Virus record (IMG/VR): IMGVR_UViG_3300018424_000004
Origin: a virus
DNA length: 32,535 nt
Direction: 5' to 3' (one strand)
Part shown: positions 1-6,005 of the stretch, in pieces
How the letters are laid out: each line of letters begins with the position of its first letter
Position numbering within the stretch: position 1 is the stretch's first letter
The notes under the pieces: generated by a model
Databases searched by the model: none
The model's input: the letters and a program-made list of their open reading frames with translations, nothing else
Told to the model about the DNA's origin: nothing
Program-made: the position numbers and the translations under genes

Positions 1-123
1 ACAAATGTTATGGGGTATCTCGCTATGGCAGCCGGGGCTTATTTCGGTGTCGATAAGGCGGATATGATTAAGGTATTGGAGGGGCTTATCAGTCTGTTAA
101 AATGAAGCGTATAAAAACATGGC
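1..123. repeat. Terminal direct repeat, left copy (identical to 32413..32535); consistent with assembly overlap of a circular or circularly permuted genome
   Basis: Bases 1-123 (acaaatgttatgggg...aaaaacatggc) match 32413-32535 base for base. Positions 1-105 are a second copy of the 3' end of the ORF at 32326..32517. Confidence 0.95.
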
Positions 124-138
124 ATATACTATTTTTAG

Positions 139-164
139 GGCTGGCCTTTTGGCTGGCCTTTTTT
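139..164 (+). terminator. Candidate rho-independent terminator at the end of the late operon
   Basis: GGCTGGCC (139-146), TTTT loop, GGCTGGCC (151-158). This gives an 8-bp stem (6 G:C plus 2 G:U) followed by T6 (159-164), just after the last late-strand gene. Confidence 0.5.
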
Positions 165-171
165 GTTGCCT

Positions 172-822
172 ATGAATGACAACGAAATAGCGCGACACGT
201 TGGGCTTGGGTATCACTCCCACACCTATCGGGATGATGAAACGGATACTGAGGTTTATTCCGTCGATATTGCAGCGGAAAAAATCGCGCTGATTACATTC
301 AGGGGTACGGAGGTCACGGAAGGCAATTTTTCCTGGAAAGATGTTTTTACAGACCTTAAAGCCTATCCTTCCTATTCCAAGCATTTAAATTGCTGGACCC
401 ACGCGGGTTTCAGAAAGGCTGCGCGGTCTGTTTGGGCTTATGTCTGGAAGGAAATCAGGAAATATAAGGAAGAAGGCTATTGTGTGATTCTAGCCGGTCA
501 TTCTCTTGGCGGGGCCTTAGCTGTCCTTTCAGCGGCTTATTCCAAGCAAGTCGGCTGCCCCGTAGACCGATTGACCACTTTTGGCGCTCCCAGGGTCGGA
601 TATAAGGGCCTTAGAGGGTGGGTTAAGGATATTCCGGGGCATAGGTACATAAACGGGGCTGACCCCGTTCCTACAATCCCCCCTGCGACCTATTCGGGGA
701 AGTTAATCCTTTGGTATTCCCATGATCGGGATGGGACGCAACTAGGCGACAGGGGAATCCCTGTTTTATGGGATTGGACCGACCACGCCATTGAGAAATA
801 TATAACGGGTGTTCCGGGCTAA
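172..822 (+). CDS. Class-3 lipase-like alpha/beta hydrolase (Lipase_3 signature)
   Basis: ORF 163..822, first ATG at 172. Motifs: FRGT; GHSLGG nucleophile elbow (nt 496-513); FGAPRVG; GADPVPTIPP (Asp); C-terminal TDHAIEKY (His). No signal peptide in this frame. Confidence 0.8.
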   Translation: MNDNEIARHVGLGYHSHTYRDDETDTEVYSVDIAAEKIALITFRGTEVTEGNFSWKDVFTDLKAYPSYSKHLNCWTHAGFRKAARSVWAYVWKEIRKYKEEGYCVILAGHSLGGALAVLSAAYSKQVGCPVDRLTTFGAPRVGYKGLRGWVKDIPGHRYINGADPVPTIPPATYSGKLILWYSHDRDGTQLGDRGIPVLWDWTDHAIEKYITGVPG

Positions 823-830
823 AACGCTCC

Positions 831-1124
831 TCAGCGAATAGCCTGTTTCCAGGCCAAAATTATCAATACGACAGGCCAGACAAGAATTGCAGCGATGGCT
901 TCGCGACTCACCTTGAGCGTGTCGGCCACCTCTTGCATGGTAACGGTAGGATCGCCAAGCATGGCCTTAGCGGCCCTTATTTGCTTAGGCCCAAGTTTAG
1001 GCTTCCGGCCTCCTCTATGGCCTCGCGCCCTTGCAGCTTTCAAACCTGCCTTGGTGCGCTCTGAAATCAGGTCACGTTCAAATTGAGCAATCGCGCCCAT
1101 CATGTGAAAAACCATACGGCCCAC
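831..1124 (-). pseudogene. Serine recombinase (resolvase/invertase) C-terminal remnant lacking the catalytic domain
   Basis: GRMVFHMMGAIAQFERDLISERTKAGLKAARARGHRGGRKPKL matches the E-helix/hinge plus HTH region of small serine recombinases. There is an in-frame TGA at 1146-1148, only a GTG start, no catalytic Ser domain upstream in any frame I read, and an atypical hydrophobic C-terminus. Confidence 0.7.
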
Positions 1125-1329
1125 GGCGCCCTTGCGCTCCCCGCGTCATTAGGCGCACGGCAAGATCGTCAGGCTCAATACAACCGTCAAATGTGTTGCT
1201 GTCGTGGTCTTGGTGGTGTGCATAAAACTCGACATCGCCGTCCTTGCTAATCATCGGGACCAGCCGGATTTCGTGGCCTTGTTCTGCGGCGTTTTCAAGA
1301 AACGTAAAAAAAGTATCGTATTTACTCAT
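1078..1329 (-). CDS. Hypothetical protein, last gene of the leftward early operon
   Basis: ORF with an ATG start preceded by aggagaaaaacc. Its 3' end runs out of frame across the recombinase remnant, so the true C-terminus is uncertain. Confidence 0.45.
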   Translation of the reverse strand: MSKYDTFFTFLENAAEQGHEIRLVPMISKDGDVEFYAHHQDHDSNTFDGCIEPDDLAVRLMTRGAQGRRGPYGFSHDGRDCSI

Positions 1330-1374
1330 GGTTTTTCTCCTGTCTCGCTATCGCGTATGGGGGACATTTGCATA

Positions 1375-1809
1375 TTACGATGACTCCGGCATTGTTAAAA
1401 GGATTCCCTTTTCTGACCAGTGCCTAACCAATTCGTCTAGGTATCTTTTTTTCTGCTTCATTGTCATCAACCTAGTAACCGGGAAATCTAGCGGTTCCGC
1501 CATCATATTCATCTTGTATTCGTATGGTAGCGGCTTAATTATTTTATCATACTTTTCCCGAAAACCATCATTTTCTTCGCGTAAAATTGGGACGCCGATT
1601 GTTAATTTATTATAAGCCCTGATTTCTTCCGGCTTTTGGTCTCCAAGCTGTTCCGCTATTTCTTGGGTCCACTTTCTCTGAAGGGCGTTCTGTTCAACAC
1701 TACGCTTCCGCCCCTTTGTTATCGTCACGGTAAACGGTAGGCTATTTTCCTTTAAAAAGGAAAAGAGCATTTCTCTATCATGTTCCGTTGTGATAATTCG
1801 GCTTGTCAT
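1375..1809 (-). CDS. NinB/Orf-like recombination mediator
   Basis: FTVTITKGRKRSVEQNALQRKW resembles lambda NinB VVTIQERNRSLDQNRKLW. Size is similar (144 aa), the RBS is aaaggaaacga-ATG, and it lies in the recombination module. Confidence 0.55.
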   Translation of the reverse strand: MTSRIITTEHDREMLFSFLKENSLPFTVTITKGRKRSVEQNALQRKWTQEIAEQLGDQKPEEIRAYNKLTIGVPILREENDGFREKYDKIIKPLPYEYKMNMMAEPLDFPVTRLMTMKQKKRYLDELVRHWSEKGILLTMPESS

Positions 1810-1942
1810 TTCGTTTCCTTTCGCCAGCCGCCCGGCGCGTTAGCGGCGGCTAAATCACCCTCAAAGTGAACAATTCCCTTAACACTCGCCTTTCGTCTTT
1901 CATGCCGTTAATAGCCGCGCCGAAGGGCTTGGCGGTCCCTCG

Positions 1943-2233
1943 CTAGAATGGGATAGAGTCATCCAAATCATCGCTATTTGGCACATTCGGGGCCGAATCT
2001 TGCCGTGTGGCAGAATCTTGTTCAGACTCAGACGCCCCGCGAATATCGGACATTCGGACTGATTGGAATTTCCCCCGCGCACTTTCTTTTGTCCATGCTG
2101 CAAGGTTTAGCTTCTCGCCGGATTTAATATCCCGGTGGGCTATAACGTAACCCGTTGCGTCAGGGCGCTTTTCGTTGCCTTGTTTGTCGTTTTTGAATAG
2201 TGCGCCTGATCCAGGCAGGGGCTCAAATGGCAT
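1943..2233 (-). CDS. Small putative ssDNA-binding protein with an SSB-type acidic C-terminal tip
   Basis: The C-terminus ...SDDLDDSIPF mimics the bacterial SSB DDDIPF tip. The N-terminal ~60 aa (GALFKNDKQGNEKRPDATGYV...AAWTKESARGKF) is OB-like. Start chosen at MPFEP (2233); an alternative start is 2248. Confidence 0.5.
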   Translation of the reverse strand: MPFEPLPGSGALFKNDKQGNEKRPDATGYVIAHRDIKSGEKLNLAAWTKESARGKFQSVRMSDIRGASESEQDSATRQDSAPNVPNSDDLDDSIPF

Positions 2234-2780
2234 TTTTAATCTCCACATTTTTCCAGGTTAAGCGGCGTTTAATAAAGCTGATATTTTCTGGGGTAGTGTT
2301 ATAGTCCGCCGCGATTTCTACATATTTGCGTGTGTCGGCTAGTATTTTTACAACTTGCCCTGAGTTTAACTTGGCGAAAATATTTTCCTCGCCGGGCCTC
2401 CCAATGTTTTTCTGGAACATTGGATTGGACGAATTATTCACGAACCGACCCTTTCTTATGCAATCGGCCATATTGTCTTTTTGTGTCCCAACAAATAGGT
2501 GCTCTGGGTTGACGCATGACGGCTTATCGCAGGTGTGGCAAATAAGAAGGCCGTCTGGGATGGGGCCATAATGCAATTCCCATGAATACCGGCTCGCAAC
2601 CACCGCGCGGCCGTTCACTTTAATCCGCCCGTACCCGTTGCCCCTCAATGATCCGGCCCACAACCAACAGCCCGAGGACTTGTCTTTTACATAAGATTTA
2701 TGGAACCTAACATCGGCTGGCTTTGGTTTACACCCACCAAGCGTTCTCAGGTTCAGCCCCGGCTTTGCTTCATATGCCAT
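2223..2780 (-). CDS. HNH homing-type endonuclease
   Basis: GCWLWAGSLRGNGYGRIKVNGRAVVASR...ICHTCDKPSCVNPEHLFVGTQKDNMADC is the HNH_3-type signature. A C-terminal HTH-like tail is present. Confidence 0.85.
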   Translation of the reverse strand: MAYEAKPGLNLRTLGGCKPKPADVRFHKSYVKDKSSGCWLWAGSLRGNGYGRIKVNGRAVVASRYSWELHYGPIPDGLLICHTCDKPSCVNPEHLFVGTQKDNMADCIRKGRFVNNSSNPMFQKNIGRPGEENIFAKLNSGQVVKILADTRKYVEIAADYNTTPENISFIKRRLTWKNVEIKNAI

Positions 2781-3460
2781 TACATTTCATCCTTTGCTGC
2801 TAGTTTTTCTGTAGCGTCTTCTATCGCGCCCTGTGCGCCCCGCGAGTCGCCGACCGGGTAATACCAATTTGGCAGATCAACCTCTAATTGAGAGAGAATA
2901 TCATCACTAGCCTTGAGTAGTTCGTCAAGCATATCCCTTGTCGAACATTGGTTAAGGGCGTTGTGAAAATCTTTTGCGGCCTGCTTAAGTTTAGTTACGG
3001 GCAGAGGCCCAAACCATATCGCAGCGCGGTAAACCTTTTCCAGCGTGGTTATACCCTCCTGTGTTATCGCAAAACTGCGCCCTCTTGGTTCTATTGGCAC
3101 CCAAGGGGTGTCGATGTCGTAAAGATACCTGCCGATCCCCCAACGTACGGCTGCTCGCTTAAATGCGTCTGAAAACGCGCCCTTACTGCCCTCAAAATCG
3201 GTGTCACCGGCTCCATCTGCCTTCCAAATGCAGGTGTCATTTACCACAATCCCCAAGTCACAGCACGTTTTTTCCCCTGCGTGAGCATAGCGGCATTGCC
3301 AGTTTTCAGGTCCACAAACTGCGTCTAGTCGGTCCATAACCGCCCGAGCGTCCATATACGCCAAGGCCATGCCTTTGGTTTTATCTTTGTTTGTCGCGCC
3401 AACCCGCCATTCAATCTCATGGGGTCGGAATGGGCGCTTTAGTTTTTCAAAATCAATCAT
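2780..3460 (-). CDS. Rad52/Sak-family single-strand annealing protein
   Basis: KGAFSDAFKRAAVRWGIGRYLY motif, plus N-terminal HEIEWRVG...AYMDARAVMDRLD, typical of phage Rad52-like annealases. Confidence 0.8.
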   Translation of the reverse strand: MIDFEKLKRPFRPHEIEWRVGATNKDKTKGMALAYMDARAVMDRLDAVCGPENWQCRYAHAGEKTCCDLGIVVNDTCIWKADGAGDTDFEGSKGAFSDAFKRAAVRWGIGRYLYDIDTPWVPIEPRGRSFAITQEGITTLEKVYRAAIWFGPLPVTKLKQAAKDFHNALNQCSTRDMLDELLKASDDILSQLEVDLPNWYYPVGDSRGAQGAIEDATEKLAAKDEM

Positions 3461-3636
3461 CTTCCTTCCTTTCTTAAATCCCGCGCCCGGTCAATCATGT
3501 TTGCGTACTTATCCGACATTCTGGAACATGCAGCATCGGCGGTTTTGTCGTAGGCTTCCGCCTCCGTAGCCTCGGGGTGCTTTTCAAGGTATTCTTCAAT
3601 AAGTTCTTCGTGGGCTTCTATGAATAATTCTTTCAT
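3457..3636 (-). CDS. Hypothetical small protein
   Basis: ORF 3457..3696. An ATG at 3636 gives MKELFIEAHEELIEEYL...; a TTG at 3696 overlaps the upstream stop (TTGA) and is an alternative start. Confidence 0.5.
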   Translation of the reverse strand: MKELFIEAHEELIEEYLEKHPEATEAEAYDKTADAACSRMSDKYANMIDRARDLRKEGR

Positions 3637-3692
3637 GTTATTTCTCACTAACACTGGCAATGTTATTATGCAGATCGCCGTTACTTTCCATT

Positions 3693-3959
3693 TCAACCTC
3701 GCATATTGTTTTGGCGGATAATTTCTGTAAGGTTCTCACGCTTGAAATCTTCGGCAGCTTCTTCACCACTCCTTTTCCAAATAGGAATAATCCCTTCACC
3801 GCCGCATGTCGAGCAATCTTCGACGGATAAACATTCAGTTGGTTGGTAGCCGTTACCAACGCAATCAGGACAAACTTTGGACCCCGGATTATCGCGCAGC
3901 CTTGCATCAAGTTCAATTTGTAACATGGTTTCCTCGCAAGAGTGGGAAAGTTTGCTCAT
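3693..3959 (-). CDS. Small DnaJ-type zinc-finger protein (two CxxCxGxG repeats)
   Basis: CPDCVGNG ... CSTCGGEG. The ATG at 3959 overlaps the stop of the upstream micro-ORF (ATGA). An alternative ATG at 3926 has a GAGGAA RBS. Confidence 0.6.
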   Translation of the reverse strand: MSKLSHSCEETMLQIELDARLRDNPGSKVCPDCVGNGYQPTECLSVEDCSTCGGEGIIPIWKRSGEEAAEDFKRENLTEIIRQNNMRG

Positions 3960-4042
3960 AACCCATCCGCAATAAAAATAGCAAAATACAAAGTAAAGGT
4001 AATGGCAAAGCAAAAGACGATAGCTTGAGATAAGTTGTTCAT
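3956..4042 (-). CDS. 28-aa hydrophobic micro-protein (candidate)
   Basis: GGAG, 6 nt, then ATG. Translation MNNLSQAIVFCFAITFTLYFAIFIADGL. The stop overlaps the next start (ATGA). It is below the ORF-track length cutoff. Confidence 0.35.
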   Translation of the reverse strand: MNNLSQAIVFCFAITFTLYFAIFIADGL

Positions 4043-4045
4043 AAT

Positions 4046-4225
4046 CTACTCCACGTCACAGGGTTTATTGTTTCGTTCTAGCGCGTCGGCTCTTGTCGCA
4101 TTAACAGCGGCACCGGCAAGCCAATGTTTAATCAAATCAGGATCGGTTTCAATCGCAGCTTGCGCCCTACAGTGAATGGCTTGTGTTCTGTAAAAATCGA
4201 CCATTGATATGATCCTGGCGCTCAT
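4046..4225 (-). CDS. Hypothetical small protein
   Basis: ORF 4046..4234. The ATG at 4225 overlaps the upstream stop (TAATG) and follows GAGGGG. Confidence 0.5.
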   Translation of the reverse strand: MSARIISMVDFYRTQAIHCRAQAAIETDPDLIKHWLAGAAVNATRADALERNNKPCDVE

Positions 4226-4449
4226 TATACCCACCCCTCATCCTCAATGCGCCCCATTTCCTCGTTTCGGTCCTGAAGGGCGGCGTCAAGTGAGTCAACC
4301 AACATTTCGATGCAGCCTTCGCCGTCATCGTCAAGTTCAATCCCAATATCTTTATCAACCGCCTGAAGGGCCTCGATTGCCCTGCGAAGTTTTTCGGCTT
4401 CTTTGGCTGCGTCGTCGTAGCTTTGTTTGCATAAAATCGTATAAGCCAT
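4225..4449 (-). CDS. Strongly acidic 74-aa protein, first gene of the leftward early operon
   Basis: RBS GGAGGG, 4 nt, then ATG. By hand count, 21 of 74 residues are D/E against 8 K/R. It is the first cistron after the leftward promoter. Confidence 0.65.
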   Translation of the reverse strand: MAYTILCKQSYDDAAKEAEKLRRAIEALQAVDKDIGIELDDDGEGCIEMLVDSLDAALQDRNEEMGRIEDEGWV

Positions 4450-4471
4450 AATTCCCTCCGTTGTTTCTCAG

Positions 4472-4500
4472 ACTATATAAAACGGTTTATACAATGTCAA
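4472..4500 (-). promoter_or_regulatory. Leftward early promoter (PL-like)
   Basis: On the minus strand: TTGACA (4500-4495), 17 nt spacer, TATAGT (4477-4472). It lies about 20 nt upstream of the RBS of 4225..4449. Confidence 0.65.
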
Positions 4501-4522
4501 ACGATTTATCTAAAAAAATTTA

Positions 4523-4551
4523 TTGACGAAGTAAAAAGATTTTAGTATATG
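4523..4551 (+). promoter_or_regulatory. Rightward early promoter (PR-like), predicted to give a leaderless cro-like mRNA
   Basis: TTGACG (4523-4528), 17 nt spacer, TATATG (4546-4551). The seventh base after the -10 is the A of the ATG at 4558. Confidence 0.55.
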
Positions 4552-4557
4552 GTGGTT

Positions 4558-4761
4558 ATGTCTACAAAAAACGCATTAAAAAAAGCTATCAAAATCGCCG
4601 GGGGCCAATCGGCTCTTGCTAGGCTCATTGGTGTTCAACAAGAACACGTTTGGTACTGGCTACATAAATCCGGCAAAGTCTCACCGATCCAAGTGATCCC
4701 GATTGAAAAGGCCACGGGGGTATCAAGGCATGATTTACGCCCTGATATATACCCTAAATAA
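4558..4761 (+). CDS. Cro/YdaS-like HTH regulator
   Basis: AGGQSALARLIGVQQEHVWYWLHKSGKVSPIQVIPIEKATGVSRHDLRPDIYP is the YdaS/Cro-type pattern. The upstream ATG at 4549 lies inside the -10 hexamer and has no RBS. Confidence 0.75.
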   Translation: MSTKNALKKAIKIAGGQSALARLIGVQQEHVWYWLHKSGKVSPIQVIPIEKATGVSRHDLRPDIYPK

Positions 4762-4783
4762 TATTACAAAAACGGAGGAAAAA

Positions 4784-4951
4784 ATGAAAGTTTCTTGCTG
4801 GTCTGCTGATGGTAAAACGGTTGAATTGCGGGACTTCCCGCTTTCCCCAAATCAAATTCTTGACGATTCCTCCCTGGAAGCCGACTCCACGTCGGCACAA
4901 ACTAAACCCTCTGCGCCTTCGGGCGTGGGGGGTTCTTTTTTGGGGGAATGA
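4784..4951 (+). CDS. Hypothetical 55-aa protein
   Basis: GGAGGA, 5 nt, then ATG at 4784. This is the 3' part of ORF 4703..4951. Confidence 0.5.
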   Translation: MKVSCWSADGKTVELRDFPLSPNQILDDSSLEADSTSAQTKPSAPSGVGGSFLGE

Positions 4952-5403
4952 TGAAAAGGGATAAGTTAGATGCCGTTTTTTCCAATCTCGTGCGTGAACG
5001 CGCTAACTACATCTGTCAAGAATGTGGCATGGGTTACAGGCAAAAAACACAAGGGCTACATTGTTCACACCTATGGAGCAGGGCTAGGGCTAGTTGCCGA
5101 TATACCCCTGACGCCGCAGTTGCCCACTGTTACTCATGTCATCAGCGTTTATCGGGAAACCCTGTCAAATTTGCAGAAAGAATCCGAGAATACCTTGGGG
5201 ACCGCTTCTGTTTTATGCGAAGGGCCGCAAACTCAACGGTTAAACTTACTAAGTTAGAGAAAGAAGATATTTACCAGTTTTACAAAAAGGAACTAAAGAG
5301 GATTAGGGAACTGCGTAAATCCGGCCATGAGGGCAGAATTGAATTTGATATTCCGCCAATTCTTGATTTAAAACTTCGTGAGGCAGTAGCGAGGATGCAA
5401 TGA
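4948..5403 (+). CDS. NinG/Rap-like Cys/His protein (putative structure-specific endonuclease)
   Basis: FSNLVRERANYICQECG...HCSHLWSRA...HCYSCHQRLSGNPVKF parallels lambda Rap FIRERDRDLPCISCG...GHY...CVVCNQHKSGN. The ATGA start overlaps the upstream stop. Confidence 0.5.
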   Translation: MMKRDKLDAVFSNLVRERANYICQECGMGYRQKTQGLHCSHLWSRARASCRYTPDAAVAHCYSCHQRLSGNPVKFAERIREYLGDRFCFMRRAANSTVKLTKLEKEDIYQFYKKELKRIRELRKSGHEGRIEFDIPPILDLKLREAVARMQ

Positions 5404-5696
5404 ACGACCTTTTTGACCCCAAAACTCTAGCCCGGTCTAAGGACCCTGAAACATCGCATATATCCGCTAAAATGGCTGGCGGGATTCTCAAGGGCGATCA
5501 AGCCAAGATTATGAACTTCCCTGACGGCATCCATCCAATGTCTGCCACATACAAGGATATTGCGGGCGGAACAGGTTTAGAACCTGTTGCTGTCAATCGC
5601 CGGTTGAATGAACTAAAAAAACAAGGCCGGATTGTGGAAGCGGGGACGACGCTACTTGATAGCGGGCGGCCCGGTAGAACATGGATGGCGGCATGA
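5400..5696 (+). CDS. Winged-helix DNA-binding protein (MarR-like fold)
   Basis: RSKDPETSHISA...YKDIAGGTGLEPVAVNRRLNELKKQGRIVEAG is a typical wHTH recognition helix plus wing. The start is coupled to the upstream gene. Confidence 0.5.
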   Translation: MNDLFDPKTLARSKDPETSHISAKMAGGILKGDQAKIMNFPDGIHPMSATYKDIAGGTGLEPVAVNRRLNELKKQGRIVEAGTTLLDSGRPGRTWMAA

Positions 5697-5797
5697 CATT
5701 TGATGAGGCTATTCTTGGGTTAATTTGCATAGCCGTTCTTTGTGTGGCTGTATGGTGCGCCACTTTAATCATTAACAAATGGGGTGAGGATGACTGA
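5693..5797 (+). CDS. 34-aa single-TM micro-protein (candidate)
   Basis: The ATG overlaps the upstream stop (ATGA). Translation MTFDEAILGLICIAVLCVAVWCATLIINKWGEDD. It fills the otherwise non-coding gap. Confidence 0.35.
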   Translation: MTFDEAILGLICIAVLCVAVWCATLIINKWGEDD

Positions 5798-6005
5798 AAA
5801 ATGGCAACCTGCGTCTAACGTTCACTTACTGTTTAAAAACAGCGATAATTTATCTGAATGTGAAATGGCGATTCAACAGGCAAGCGCGATAAATCGGTAT
5901 TGGGCTGAGCGTGGCAAGGACGCAAAAGCGGTTCAATATCAGCCCGATCCAAGCGTAAATCTTTGGAGTGTAATGTCCAGTGTTAAGGCGGATTGGAAGC
6001 CATGA
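5790..6005 (+). CDS. Hypothetical protein
   Basis: ORF 5784..6005. The ATG at 5790 is preceded by GGGGTGAGG. Confidence 0.5.
   Translation: MTEKWQPASNVHLLFKNSDNLSECEMAIQQASAINRYWAERGKDAKAVQYQPDPSVNLWSVMSSVKADWKP

Noticed and set aside
102-179. 25-codon ORF (MKRIKTWHILFLGLAFWLAFFVAYE), ATGA-coupled to the preceding stop, considered as an independent micro-protein gene
   Set aside because: Its hydrophobic core is encoded by the tandem GGCTGGCCTTTT units that form the terminator-like hairpin at 139-164. It is better explained as either that terminator or a frameshifted lipase leader (see finding) than as a separate gene.
1078-1329. Possibility that the 83-aa ORF is the missing N-terminal catalytic half of the serine recombinase, separated by a frameshift
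   Set aside because: The translation shows no resolvase catalytic-domain pattern (no N-terminal Y.RVS..DQ-type serine motif, no D.LDRL.R). It appears to be an unrelated small gene running into the remnant.
1810-1942. Intergenic stretches (also 15276-15379 and 12897-12958) screened by eye for tRNA or small RNA genes
   Set aside because: No cloverleaf-compatible acceptor/T-arm pairing or GTTCRANYC-type T-loop was seen. Only short GC hairpins without T-tails are present. A tRNAscan-type run would be needed to exclude them formally.
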